Shown piece by piece: positions 34,494 to 48,702 of a DNA stretch of 64,000 nt (its first letter is position 1; the number at the start of each line of letters is the position of its first letter). Origin of the DNA: Octopus sinensis (lineage: Eukaryota); NCBI RefSeq assembly GCF_006345805.1, contig NC_043022.1:15748001-15812000 (forward strand), read 5' to 3'. The notes beneath the pieces are model-generated. The model was not told the origin of the DNA and made no database searches. It worked only from the letters and a program-made list of their open reading frames with translations. Position numbers and translations under genes: made by a program.

Positions 34494-34694
34494 TCGGTGT
34501 GTTTCACAAGTTTTTTTTTGTATTTCTCCCAAAATGGCGAATGTTGAACGAACCCAAACGGTTAAAATAATCGTGTCACAACTGAACTTCAGAAATCCGA
34601 CCGTGTTAGCGGTCTCAGCAATTTGTGAGACGGATATGGAAAAGTCGTAGGCGTTGCTGTTCTTCCTAGATAACGAAATAATAATAATAATAAC

Positions 34695-34734
<40 letters not shown>

Positions 34735-34751
34735 GTGATAATAATAATAAT

Positions 34752-35520
34752 AAATGGCAAGAAAAACCTCTCAATGGCAAATATACAAAGAGAGCTAATA
34801 ATGCCGATGTTGACAAAGTCGTTACCCATCAATGGTTAGTGTCTTCTGGCTTAAAATCAGAAGCAGAAGGGTTTATCATAGCAACCAAAGATCAATGCCT
34901 ACCGACACGGAACTACCAGGCCAACATATTAAAGAACAGCAGTAGCCCAACATGTCGAGTATGTCAACAACAAAATGAAACCATTGATCATGTTGTCTCA
35001 ATGTGCAGTTTTCTTGCACCTACAGAGTATCTCAACAGGCATTATAGAACAGCACAATATATTCACTGGGTAATTTGCAAAAGCCTGGACTTGCCCCGTG
35101 ATAAAAACTGGTGGGAACACAAACCACCTCCAGTGCTTGAAAAAGATCACATCTCACTCCTCTGGAATTTCACCTTTCAAACTGACAGAAAGATAGATGC
35201 GAATAGGCTAGACATTATATTGAAAGACTTCAAACAAAAATCATGCCTCCTCATTGATATGACTGTCCCAATCGATATAAATGTATCTGTCAGGACCTAC
35301 CAAAAACTGAGCAAGTATAAAGATTATGAAATAGAAATGAGCAAAATGTGGAACCTCAAGACTAAAACAATACCAGTTTGTCATAGGTGCCCTGGGAATG
35401 ATAGCAAAAGGGGCTGGTCGCTACCAAGCTTAGATACCAGGAAATCCAAAAATGGCAGAAATTCAAAAGAATTTCTCATGGGAACTGTCCATATCCTACG
35501 TAAAATACTGTCTATGTAAT
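34752..35520 (+). mobile_element. R4/Dong-like non-LTR retrotransposon 3' fragment (CCHC knuckle plus restriction-like endonuclease)
   Basis: KWQEKPLNGKY...LKSEAEGFIIATKDQCLPTRNY..CRVCQQQNETIDHVVSMC...NRLDIIL..LLIDMTVP..QKLSKYKDY; 5' end abuts (TAA)n at 34677-34752. Confidence 0.85.
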
Positions 35521-35654
35521 CTCAAATTTTAAAACAGACTCATAATTTTCTTGTGTCTTCTTAAACATACATATGTTGGGACATCAACGTTTTGTTTGCA
35601 AACCATAAAATATTACAAAGCGACATTTAAGACATCAAAATTGACTAGGCACCC

Positions 35655-35685
<31 letters not shown>

Positions 35686-35779
35686 GCAAATATACACACA
35701 TATACATAGAGAGACTGAAAGACAGTGAGAGACAGACAGAGAGGCAGGCAGGCAGACAGATATATATATATATCTGTAT

Positions 35780-35818
<39 letters not shown>

Positions 35819-35822
35819 TAGA

Positions 35823-35854
<32 letters not shown>

Positions 35855-35872
35855 TAGATAGATAGATTGATG

Positions 35873-35945
<73 letters not shown>

Positions 35946-36206
35946 GGAGAAAGAGAGAGAGAGATGAAGGCAAAACAACAAAATCCCCTGAAATACGTCA
36001 ATAAGTCCCTACCCGTAGCTTCCAAGACCACGGGATCTGATGGTAAAAAACCATTCTTGGAAACAAGAGCTGAAATCTATAAACGAATCTTCGAAACAAC
36101 AGGCGACAATCGCGAAGAATCCAACGATTTTCAACAGCTTTAAAAACAAAGGAACGCAACCGCTGAATCCAATTGCACCGTATTCGGCTAAGATAACAAC
36201 CCGACT

Positions 36207-36610
36207 TTGTGGCTGTGTGGTAAGCAGCTTGCTTACCAACCACATAGTTCCAGGTTCATTCCCACTGCGTGGCACCTTGGGCAAGTGTCTTCTACTATGG
36301 CCTCGGGTCGACCAAAGCCTTGTGAGTGGATTTGGTAGACGGAAACTGAAAAGAAGCCCGTCGTATATATGTATATATATATGCATGTGTGTGTTTGTGT
36401 TTGTGTGTCTGTGTTTGTCGCCCTAGCATTGCTTGACAACCGATGCTGGTGTGTTTATGTCCCCGTTACTTAGCGGTTCGGCAAAAAGAGACCGATAGAA
36501 TAAGTACTGGGCTTACAAAAGAATAAGTCCCGGGGTCGAGTTGCTCGATTAAAGGTGGTGCTCCAGCATGGCCGCAGTCAAATGACTGAAACAAGTAAAA
36601 GAGTAAAGAG
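36207..36610 (+). mobile_element. tRNA-derived SINE family B (~400-450 bp, internal AT/GT microsatellite, (AAAGAGT)n tail)
   Basis: Head ggagtggctgtgtggtaag...gggttcagtccc and a ccttgggcaagtgtctt segment. At least 15 copies, e.g. 8512-9165, 11695-12085(-), 12750-13148(-), 21335-21730, 24292-24700(-), 26140-26548(-), 26737-27152, 32990-33410, 49148-49545, 55732-56008, 63590-63972(-). Confidence 0.85.
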
Positions 36611-37207
36611 TAAAACATGCCATTACCTTAAGAATGTAAGCATCCGCGTGTGTGAGAGTGTGTTTGTGTGAAGTCAAATCGGTTCTCATGAGCCACCAAG
36701 TTGATGTCGTCTTCGCCAAAATAGCTGAGACGAATGTGGACGAAACAAGACCACCGTCCACCTTGTATTTATAATCGTATGTATGCTTTCCAATTTTACA
36801 CAACTGTAATCATCATCATCATCATCGTCGTCATCATCATCATCCTCATGGCTTCGTTGACTCGGTAAGATGCTTTGTAGGCGTGGTTTCACGATTCTCT
36901 TTTAACCAATCAGTTATCAGGAACCCAGCTAAGTCTCTGTAATTATTCGTTATTGTTGTACTTACCGTTGTTGTTGTCGTTGTTGTTGTTGCTGTTGTTG
37001 TTATCATTGTTAGGTACAGCGCCGTGAATGAACAATTAATGTCGGGGCAATGGGAAGAAGTTTGTGGATGTGTTGACTGTGTGAGGGGTGGGTGGGGGGG
37101 AGCGGGTTATTTCTGTGTAAAGTCAACCACCGGAACTAAGCAATTATGGCCGCATTTGATGACATTGCTGTTGTTGCTGCTGTTGTAGGTTCATCTGAGT
37201 GAATGCA

Positions 37208-37253
<46 letters not shown>

Positions 37254-37484
37254 CGTGTGTGTGTGTGTGTCTGTGCGTGTGTGTGTGTGTGTGTCTGTGT
37301 GTATCTCTATAGGCTCGGGTGGGAGTGCGCAGGAAGAATCTGGCTTCCCAACCACATGGTTCGAGGTTCTGTCCCACTGCGAAGTTCTTTGGGCCAGTGT
37401 CTTTTACTATAGCCTCGAGCCAAGCAAAGCCTTGCGAGTGGATTTGGCACATGGAAACTGAAACAAGCCCGGCATGTGTATGTG

Positions 37485-37542
<58 letters not shown>

Positions 37543-38619
37543 GAAAAATACAAACTGGGACAAGAACGTAAAACATTTAGAAGACGATACAAAAAACACG
37601 GACGGGACATTCGAAGCCTTCAATCTTCAGTCAAGAACCGGATCATCCTCGCAATTTCGGCTGATTAATCTTGAGATCGCTCCGATCCGGCCAGCCCTAA
37701 GGAAAAACTAAGCTACGAGCATTAGATTTCTTGGAAAAAGGATCGAATGTATACGAAACAAGGACAGGAAAACGGACGATGCCACTATATATATATGTAG
37801 TAGATCTTGCAAGCATAAAGTGAATTCGATCCACCACAGCCAAATTTAAATTAACACTGCAACAGAACTTTCCCCACGATGGAAAAATGGTTTTTCTCTG
37901 ACAGCAGTTTTACATTTTCCAGATGCCTTTAGCTAGGCCGAAATAATGTCTTCTGAATAATGTATGTATGTGTGTGTGCGCGTTGGTTGGCCCTGTGTTA
38001 TAGTAGAAGACAGCAGGACTGAACCGGCGACCACGATGCTGATGTGATGACCCTCCCAAGACACAAGAAGATAAGATATTTATCTTAGACTAACTGAAAC
38101 CATTGGGAGCCTTTTAGCAAAAACGTTTTTGCTTACACATCGTGACATGAAATATATAAATAACACCAACAAATATAAAAATATCATTCAACACTGTCTG
38201 GATAGTGTGGGCCACTAAAGACTATATCTTGAGTCAACGTCTGCATTTAAAGAAACCGAATTCTCATAAGTAAGGGCATTGTTAAATGTTATATTTTCAC
38301 AAGGTCAACCGAACTACTCGGTACACACGAGGGTGTTAAGTGGGTTAAATGTGTGCATTCATGTGGAGCAAACAAATGATAGGGTAGACGAAGCTTCACT
38401 GCAAAATGCCCGAGGTTCAACAACAAGGTTTTTTTATTAACAAAGAGTACCTCGCCGGGTACTCAAAAGGAAAAATAGACTAAGTGATGTCTTGTCATGA
38501 AAAGACAATAAAATCGACAATTTAAAACAGTATTTACATGTGTTAATAAGTATGGTGGGAAAAACGGGTATGTATTATATTTTAGCATGTGAATTATTTA
38601 CTTGGTAAATAGTAGTAGG

Positions 38620-38998
38620 AGCACTCCGTCGGTTGCGACGATGAGGGTCCCAGCTGATACGATCAACGGAACAGCTTGCTCGTGAAATTAACGTGCAAGT
38701 GGCTGAGCACTCCACAGACACGTGTACCCTTAACGTAGTTCTCGGGGATATTCAGCGTGACACAGAGAGTGACAAGGCCGGCCCCTTGAAATACGGGTAC
38801 AAGAGAAACAGGAAGAAAGACGGAGAGAAAGTTGTGGTGAAAGAGTACAGCAGGGATCACCACCATCCCCTGCCGGAGCCTCGTGGAGCTTTAGGTGTTT
38901 TCGCTCAATAAACACTCACAATGCCCGGTCTGGGAATCGAAACCGCGATCCTATGACCGCGAGTCCGCTGCCCTAACCACTGGGCCATTGCGCCTCCA
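38620..38998 (-). mobile_element. SINE family A copy
   Basis: Near-identical to the other family A copies. Confidence 0.85.
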
Positions 38999-39436
38999 CA
39001 TGCGACCGGTATAAGGCGGCGAGGAGCATGGCAGAAACGTTAGCACGCCGGGCGAAATGCTTGGCGGTATTTCGTCTGCCGCTACGTTCTGAGTTCAAAT
39101 TCAGCTTCTTTTCTTTGTAAGGCCCTTGTGGCCAATTAAATGAATAAAAGAAGCTTTCTCCCCAACCTCATGGTCCCGGGTTCAGTCCCACTGCGTGGCA
39201 CCTTGGGCAAGTGTCTTCTACTATAGCCTCGGACTGACCAAATCCTTGTGAGTGGATTTCGTAGACGGAAACTGAAAGAAGCCCGTCGTATATGTGTGTG
39301 TGTGTATCCCACAATCGCTTGACAACTGATTTTGGTGTGTTTATGTTCTCGTAACATAGCGAGTCGGCAAAAGAGACCGATAGAATAAGTACTGTTGTAA
39401 TTTAATCATCTGATTTGATATTTTGGAATATGAAAA

Positions 39437-39872
39437 TTCCTTCTTCAGATATCCCTAGGAATTGATCGAGTCACTGCTATAATCGGTTTTCCAACAGCTT
39501 TTTTTTTTGTTTGTTTCGGAAGCGTCTCAGCAGTGGTCTCATAAGGCGGCGAGCTGGCAGAAACGTTAGCACACCGGGCGAAATGCTTTGCGGTATTTCT
39601 TCTGCCGCTACGTTCTGAGTTCAAATCCCGCCGAGGTCGACTTTGCCTTTCATCCTTTCGGGGTCGATAAATTAAGTACCAGTTACGCACTGGAGTTGAT
39701 GTAATCGACTTAATGTCCTTGTTTGTCCCCTCTATGTTTAGCCCTTAGTGGGCAATAAAGAAATAAGCAGTGGTCTCACGAAGCTCCTTCTGGAATTCCT
39801 CATGAGAAGTGCGTGAGGTGGGCCATGTCAAAATCTCGTGTGTGTTGGGCACATCCGTAGCGCTGCTTCATA
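39437..39872 (-). mobile_element. Old LINE ORF2 linker remnant split by a SINE with a 13-bp TSD
   Basis: After removing the SINE (39542-39765; TSD agcagtggtctca at 39529-39541 and 39766-39778) the sequence reads SHEEFQKELRETTAETLPKQTKKK. Confidence 0.5.
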
Positions 39873-40224
39873 TTTTTATAATTAAATATTATTTGGAATT
39901 TTATTTAAAAAAAACTAAAATGTTTTGTGTATTTAAGAAGAATAATCAGTTTATTGCTCATAAATTTTGACAATAAAATCTTGTATGCCCCCCCCCCAAG
40001 GGTCATAAGGACTCCCAAAGGTCGTATGGACAACTGGTTTAGATCCTAAACAAGTAACGCAACCTAGTAGGGATATAACCAAGGTAGACGAGTCCAACCG
40101 AAGATTGTTCACAAGAGTCTGTTTCTGGAACTCTTCTGCGTGTGAAGACTAATTCAGTCCTTGTTGCTCCACTTAGATCAAGAGTGCAGGCTAAGGTGCA
40201 AAATACTTGTGGCCCTAAGTTTAC

Positions 40225-40318
40225 CTGTCGAAAATACGGAAGGGTTTCAAACCATTCGACAGTTTTAGTCACCGTCAAAGAATTTAAAACATGTTTTAGT
40301 AGTTCTTGCAATCTCTGC
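40225..40318 (-). CDS. Candidate orphan coding exon (QRLQELLKHVLNSLTVTKTVEWFETLPYFRQ)
   Basis: Perfect TACTAAC branch point (40348-40342), CAG acceptor (40320-40319) and CAG|GTAAAC donor; open frame, phase 2-0. Confidence 0.4.
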
Positions 40319-42044
40319 CTGGGCCAAAACATGTTGAATACGTTAGTATATATATGAATATGTATGTATATATGTATATATGTATGTATGTAAAAGTAAA
40401 AAAATACACAAACTGGGACAAGAACGTGAAACATTTAGAAGACGACACAAAAAACACGGACGGGACTTTCGAAGCTCTCAATCATCAGTCAAGAACCGGA
40501 TCATCTTCGCAATTTCGGCTGATTAATCTTGATGTATGTATATATACATGTCTGTGTGTGTGCTTTGCGGTTAGACACACGTGTGCCGAGGCAGTACATT
40601 TTTAGTTCCTTTATGCGTGATATTAAGGAGTGCACAATGATTCGACAGGTAGTCGGTCGTACGACTCTATGTCAATGTAAAATTTTAAAAAAACAAAGCA
40701 GGCAAAATGGCCTGTAAATATACCACACAAAGCACATTTAGGACAAATAACCTGACCAAATGAAGAAACAACCTGGTGGAATCGTTGGCGTATCATTGAT
40801 CCCGTCGGGATTTGCACTCAGAAAAGTAAGTTTCAAAACTTGATGTACTTTAAAATAACATATAAATATGATTTTTTTTCTGACTCTGCCATGGCCATAA
40901 AAATACATTGTCATTGTAAAATAACAATGGTTTCTAATTTTAAACGTACTTTAAATTTTTTTTAATGCTTTTAATTTTTTCTGAAAAAAAAAAAGGAACA
41001 AAAAAATAGAAATATTTAAATAAGGGAAGAATGTGTTTCTTTATGTAATTGTATTTAAGCAATGTATGTCTATATGGTACCGTATTTTGTGAAAATAACA
41101 AGCAACAAAATATGACAGCTGCTTCATCATTGAAAATCAATGTCTTTTGTTTCATCCGTTCCGTTTGTAGATAAATAAATCGCTTTATCGTCTGTATTCA
41201 GTGAAAAATATTTTAAATGGTTTCAACCATCAGATCGCTTTATCGTCTGCATTCAATGAGAGATAAAAATCACAGTATCATCTGTTGCATAATTTCCCGA
41301 AATAGACCCCTTTTGTAGATAATTTCATTCGATATGGTTTCAGTAAATATTTTCATTTTGTTATCTGATTAGAATTTTTAAAAACCTATTGTTGTTACAT
41401 ATTACAAATACTAGGCACGTGGGATCTTTTCGCTTTGACTGGCAGATTTTTAAAAATAATTTCTTTGCAACTAAACACTTTTAAACTTCGTATACTGGTA
41501 GAATGTGTTACATAAAACATCTTTTTCTCTTGGCTTTCTTGAGAAAATTCTATAGTTTGTAAGTTATTTGTTGTTTAATTTCTTGCATTTCGGCAATTTC
41601 AACCAATCAATGACGTCTACTATAGCCTCGGATCGACCAAAGCATTGTGAATGGATTTGGTGGAGGGGAAACTGAAAGAAGCCCATCGTATATATATATA
41701 TGTGTGTGTGTGTGTGTATGTATGTGTGTGTGTGTGTACGTGCGTGTGTGTGTTTGTGTGTCTGTGTTTGTCCCTCCAACATCAGATGACAACCGATGCT
41801 GGTGTGTTTACGGCCTCGTAACCTAGAAGTTCGGCAAAAGAGACCGATAGAATAAGTACTAGGCTTACAAAGAATAAGTCCTGGGAGTCGATTTGCTCGA
41901 CTAAATGTGGTGCTCCAGCATGGCCACTGTCAAATGACTGAAACAAATATAAAGAATAAAAGAATGTATAAATATATATACCGACAAGCTACGTTTCATG
42001 GGACAGAATCAAACTATTTAGAATAATAATAATAATAATAAAAG

Positions 42045-42385
42045 AAATGGAGAAACTTTCAAAATACAAAGACCTGGAAATAGAGGTAACCAGAATGTGG
42101 AATCTAAAAACAGAAACAATTCCTATCATAGTAAGCGCATTAGGAATGATAAAAAAATATTCAGACAAATACATAACAAAAACACCAGGACTTACAAATA
42201 TATATATAACATACAGAAAATTGCACTACTTGGACATTGCACACAGCCAAAGTAAAACACTTTCAGTACAGTAACCATCAGAGCATCACAGCAAACCACA
42301 GCACATACCCAAGGCACACAAAGCTGCTCGGTAGTGAAGTGAAAGCATGTGATAAAAACAAAACTACTGAATAATAATAATAAGA
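42045..42385 (+). mobile_element. R4/Dong-like 3' end in a (TAA)n repeat
   Basis: EKLSKYKDLEIEVTRMWNLKTETIPIIVSALG plus 3' UTR ending aaaactactgaataataataa; (TAA)n on both sides; a further KTALLGTA remnant at about 42410-42490. Confidence 0.75.
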
Positions 42386-44935
42386 AGAAGAAGAAGAACA
42401 AGGAGGAGATTAAGAATATTGGAGCTGCCGTCAGGTTGGAGGTGATCCCGAAGACAGCATTGTTGGGTACAGCTTGCATTCTAACCCGAAAAGAGATCGA
42501 TAGATTGATCTCGCCTTAACGAAACCAACACCTTGCATTACCTGCCAGGTTTTGACGGGGAAGAGAGGAAACCCTAAAGTAACTGGAGGTGGGATACTAT
42601 GACAGGGCTGGTAAAGTAGGGATCAAATTGGAGAGGAGCAGAAAAGACGGCCCCAGAGTCGAAAACAGTAGATGGACAAAAGTCATCGATGGCCTATACC
42701 TATTTCTTCATTGCCCACAAGGGGCCAAACACAGAGGGGACAAACACGGACAGACATAGGTATTAAGTCGATTGCATCGACCCCGAAAGGATGAAAGGCA
42801 AAGTCGACCTCGGCGGAATTTGAACTCAGAACATAACGACAGACGAAATACCACTAAGCATTTTGCCTGGTGTGCTAACGCTTCTGCCAGCTCGCCGCCT
42901 TTCGATGGCCTATACCCCATCTACACACACGCATGCACGCACACACACAGGCACACATATACACACGTCTTGTAAATAATGAGCGGAGGGGAAGGGAAGA
43001 GAAGTCGTTTCCTTAAGCCTGCCGTGCCAAGTGTCAAACTCTTCGTTTTGATTAGCATAATGAGAGATTAACCTGAGTGGGGGAGAGAGAGGGGGAAGAG
43101 AGAAGGAAGGGGAAGGGAGACAGGGAAAGGGTGCAAATGATTTAACTAAGAACTAGATATTACACCTTTTATATCCAAGCTGTAGATTCTCATTTGTACC
43201 TGCTGAGGTGGCGAGTTAGCAGAATCGTTAACACGCCGGGCGAAATGTTTAACAGTATTTCGCCCATCGCTACGTTCTGGGTTCAAATTCCGCCGAGGTC
43301 GACCTTGCCTTTCATCCTTTCGGGTCGATAAATTAAGTACGAGTGAAACACTGTTGTTGTTGTTGTTGTTGTTTGTTCCTTCTCGAGCCATGCCTGGCTC
43401 ATAAGAGCCGGTTTCACGGTTTCATTGGTGTATGGGTTCCCCACCTGGACGGGGACGGACGCCGGTCCATTGCGGGTAAGCTGCTAGAGTGAGAGAAAGT
43501 TGTGGCGAAAGAGACAGCAGAAGTTCGCCATTACCTTCTGCTGGGGGTCCCTGGAGCTTAGGGGTTTCGCTCATAAACACACACATCGCCTGAAGTTCGA
43601 ACCCGCAATCCCTCGACCGCGAGTCTGCTGCTCTAACCACTAGTCCATGTGCCTCCAGTGAAACACTGGGCTTGATGTAATCGACGAGTCCCCTCCTCAC
43701 ACACACACACCCACAATTTCAGGCCTTGTGCCTTTAGTAGAAATGATTATAGGTACCCTAGTGTATGCAGCAATAGATTTGCGTAAAGGTCTGGATACAC
43801 TGGGGTTTTCCAAGAAAGAACAAGAAAAATTGAGACGCTTCTTTGCAACGCGGTCGATCAGCGGAACAGTAAATATATGTGAAACATTCTAAAGATTATC
43901 AGAGTGAGTTTCCTGGAAGGATCATATATACACAATCAAACGTATGTATACAGCATACACACATTCTCTCACTGATACACATAAGCATGAAAAAATAATG
44001 AGACCCATACACAAAAAGAGCTATGTATACCCGTTACAAGAGTTCAAGTATATACAAACGTATAGGCCTACATATGTGCGCATATATGAGGAGGTCTTTA
44101 ACATATTCTTCATCTGTGCAACTGTTTCGATACGTAAACGATAAAACGGTTTGCGACATTGGTTGGTGACTGGATTAACTTGTGCAAAGAACTCGGAGTA
44201 AATCTCCAGCAAAGGAAATGCATATGTGCAAACGCACACACACACACACACACACATATGTGTGTGTGCGTTGATTGATATAAACATACATGCATACATA
44301 AGATGCATACATGCATATATATATATATATAAATGCATATATGTATGTATGTATAATACACACACGTATATATATATATAATATATATGTATATTATATA
44401 TATACATATATATATATATATGTATATCCATTTCTCTGGAAATTTACATCTACACCATTGGAATCTGTGCATACATACAAAGGATTAATTCACCCTCTCT
44501 GTAATGCTAATAAGCAGGAATTGAGACCCACCTCGTTGTAATTAACAATGGATAAATTTGTCTTCTGTGAGTATATAATCCCTCATCATATCTATGGAAA
44601 TTCATATGGATTAGGTCACCTTCTCTGTGATGCTATCAAAACTTTTTTAAAATTCTGTGATAAGACTGTACATCATCTTTAAAGAACTTTAATGAACTTT
44701 AGAAATCTGTTTAATTATCTACATTACTTCATGAGTATAGCCTCAACACTAGGATGTCTAGAGAACTTACATGTATTTTAGCTGATGAGTACGGGACTCG
44801 TTTATATGCTGTAATCTTTGCAACTTTTTAATAACCTGTCCTTGTATGAAACGATCGTACTAATACCTATCCATTCTTGTTGCTTCTTTCTCGCGTATAT
44901 ATGTATATATATATATATACATATATATATGTATA

Positions 44936-44998
<63 letters not shown>

Positions 44999-45038
44999 CA
45001 TACCATGCATTCTTACATACAGCATAATCGGCTGTTTG

Positions 45039-45070
<32 letters not shown>

Positions 45071-45116
45071 CATACATACATACATGCATTCTTACATACA
45101 AGCATAATCGGCTGTT

Positions 45117-45151
<35 letters not shown>

Positions 45152-45154
<3 letters not shown>

Positions 45155-46830
45155 ACTTCACCCTACGTGGATACCCCCTCACCACTATCCACACCGCCCT
45201 TGCCAGAGCACGGTCCGTGGACCGTGTATCTGCTCTCTCTCCCCGAACCCGCCCTGTAGTCTCCCGCCCCCTTTTCCCCTCACTTACCACCCCACGACCC
45301 TACGTCTCCAACGCACCATCTTCGATCGAGCTTTCCGTCATCTCCAGTCCGACCCGTCCACTTCACACCTCTTCCCTAACCGACCCCTCCCCTCTTTCAA
45401 ACGAGCCCACAACCTTCGAGACCTTTTGGTCCATAGCTCCTTCCCTGACCCTACCTCCCAACCCGGCTCGTTCCCCTGCTCCCGCCCACGTTGCCGCACT
45501 TGCCCTTACCTCTCCAACACCACCCGCCTCACTAGCACCCACCATCGACCCTATCCCATCATCCACTCCTTCACCTGCACCTCCAGCAATATTATCTATT
45601 GCATCTCTTGCTCTCTCTGCAATTCCTTGTACATCGGACAAACGGGACGCCGCTTGGCTGACCGGTTCGCGGAACACCTTGCGAACGACACACCGGTCTC
45701 ACGCCATTTCCGCTCCACCGGTCACTCCTTGCAACACCTATTTGTGTTCGGTTGTCCTTACACAGAGGCCATCCGGATTCCCGTTTGCGCCGTGAACAGG
45801 AATTAATCTTCTCTCTTCGCTCTTATACGCCATTTGGTCTCAACTCTCCCCCCCTCCTCATCTAACCCCCCTCTCCTCCCCCTCCTCACCTATCCTTTCT
45901 CCCCCGACCCCCACTTCTTTCAGTCCTTCATCCTTTCACCCCTACTCCCCTTCCCTTCTTCCCTCTTTCTCTCCTTTCTCCCTCCCTCTTCTCTTCCCTC
46001 TGCTCCCTCTCTCCCCTTCTCTCTCCCCCTCTCCCTCTTCTTCCTCCTCCTTCATCCCTCTCCTCCCTTCCTTCTCCCCATCCTCTCCTCTTCACCCTCC
46101 CTCCCCCTCTTCTTCCCCTCCCCTTCTCCCCCTCCCCCTCTTCTCCCCTCCCCCCCCTCTTCTCCTCACTACACAACACATGACTTTACACATCACATCA
46201 CATATGATGTGCCATACTAATACACACACCAACTAATACATACTAATACGTACTAATACATACTAGTACATACTAATACTTACACCAACCCTATACATAC
46301 ACACGTCCAGACCCCGCATACGCACTTATACTCTCTCACACACCACACACACACACCTATACATACCAATACGTACTAATACATACTAATACATACTAAT
46401 ACATACCCCACCCCATACATACGCACGTCCGACCAATCCCACGCACTAATACTCTCTCATACACACACACACACACCACACACCCTTATACATACTAATA
46501 CATACACCAACCCTATACATACACATCCAGACCCCTCCCACGCACTTTAGCTGGTCCTCAACCTATTATCTCCCCTTATTTCGCTCTCGCGTCTCATGTT
46601 TGATCTTTGACCTCTGGCCGAAATCAGATCGCCATGTTGATTCGTTAGCTACTGCACGCATTTTTTTTTCTCTCTTCTTTCTGTGTTTTTCTCTCTCTGT
46701 GTATCTTCTGTTGAAGAGCGTAGGCTCGAAACGTTAAAGACTTGTTTTATTTATATTTCCTGAGCGCCATACTAATACAATTGTTCGTTTGTTTTCCACC
46801 TGCCTTCGTCTTTTGTTTATTTTCATAAAG
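45152..46830 (+). mobile_element. Penelope-like element 3' part: RT linker plus GIY-YIG endonuclease, low-complexity spacer and terminal repeat with a hammerhead-like motif
   Basis: RGYP...FKRAHNLRDLLVHSS...CSRPRCRTCPY...FTCTSSNIIYCISCSLCNSLYIGQTGRRLADRFAEH (45152-45850, frameshifted); CTGTTGA..CGAAAC motif at 46708-46732. Confidence 0.8.
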
Positions 46831-46838
46831 CTTCCCGT

Positions 46839-46871
<33 letters not shown>

Positions 46872-47621
46872 TACATACAGCTGATACCACAGATGCGTAC
46901 ACAAACACATACGTATATGGTCACATTTCTATATGCACACACGCATATCTCTATACATATATATGCACACACATAGATGCATTCATACATAAATGCATAT
47001 ATATTACACGCACACACACACACACACATATGTACGCATGCATGCATGTATGTATGATATATGTATGCATGTATATATACAGCCCAGAGGCTACAGTATA
47101 TAATATATACAGGTGCTGCATTCATACACAGCCTGCATACATTAAGCTGCAGCGAAAAAATACAGAATAACCATGGAAGAAGGAAAGAAGGACAACAAAG
47201 TTAAAAATATATAAAAAAAAACAACAACAACAACAAAAAAATGGTTAAAAAAAAAAGAAGAATCATTAAAACGCGACATTCGAACCTTTAGCGACAGCAG
47301 CTTCTTACTTTTCTCTGAAAGGTCATGAACCTCTAGGGAGGGCGGCTGCCTCAATTTAACATATATATATATATATATATATTATATATTATATTATATA
47401 TATACAATATATATATATAATGTATATAATGTAGGTATGTATGTATGTATAATGTCGGCATACTATTTTTTGTGTTGTTGTTTTCTGTGATTTTTGTTTC
47501 ATCCGCAGTTGTTTCTAATTTTGAAACGCCCCTGTATCTCTTCTACTACATTCCTTATTGATGATTATTAATTAATTTATTCAGAATTATTATAATTTGC
47601 ATGCAAGAACGTTTGTTTGTT

Positions 47622-47654
<33 letters not shown>

Positions 47655-47856
47655 AAGATAATATACATGTATAGATGTATATATACATGTATACATATAG
47701 ACATGCATATATATGTGTGTGTGTGTATATATATATTTAATTTGGAATTTTATATTTTTTATATTTTATATTTTTTTTAAATTAATTTTATTTCAATGAT
47801 TTTCACTGTTTGATTTGCCTAGTGGTTTTTCTCTCTATTTTAATATAATATAATAT

Positions 47857-47887
<31 letters not shown>

Positions 47888-47962
47888 TTTTATATATATG
47901 TGTGTGGTGTGTGTGTGTGTGTGTGTGTGTGCGTGCAAATATATATATACATATCACGAATA

Positions 47963-48017
<55 letters not shown>

Positions 48018-48668
48018 CACATATATATCATGCATACTAGCATTGTGTAAACATACAATCATGTTTATATAAGCGTTTGGATTATACAAACATATATCTA
48101 CACACACACACACACATACACATATATGTATATTTAATTTTTATATCTATCTATCTATCTATCTATATATATATATATATATATATACATGCACATATAT
48201 ATATATATATTTATATATATGTGTATACATATTAGTATTGTATGTGTGTGTTTGTGTGTATATATTGGGAGACGCCTTTTCTTGTAGAAACACAGTCATA
48301 CATGCATATATACACTCGTTCATGAAAACTCGGACAGAGCAAGAAACATATCTATATACACACGAATTTGTCTCATGGATCGCATACTTGTGGATACATA
48401 CATACATCCATACATATGTGTGTGCATGCATATATATTTTTACGTACATCTATATATTTATATGTGTCTGTATACATACACATATGTACATACATATATA
48501 ATCTTATACATATATACGTTTATATATGTGTGTATATGTAGTCATACATACATGCATATATATATACGCATGCAAACATACTGACAGATGTGTATAGATC
48601 ACCTGTACAAGTGTGTATGAATACATCTTCAGATATGTATGTATGTATATATATATATATATATAATG

Positions 48669-48702
<34 letters not shown>

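Noticed and set aside
40225-40330. SOCS-box-like look of PRQRLQELLKHVL...TLP (would suggest a Rab40-like architecture)
   Set aside because: Lacks the BC-box Cys and the LPxP motif, and lies N-terminal rather than C-terminal to the GTPase.
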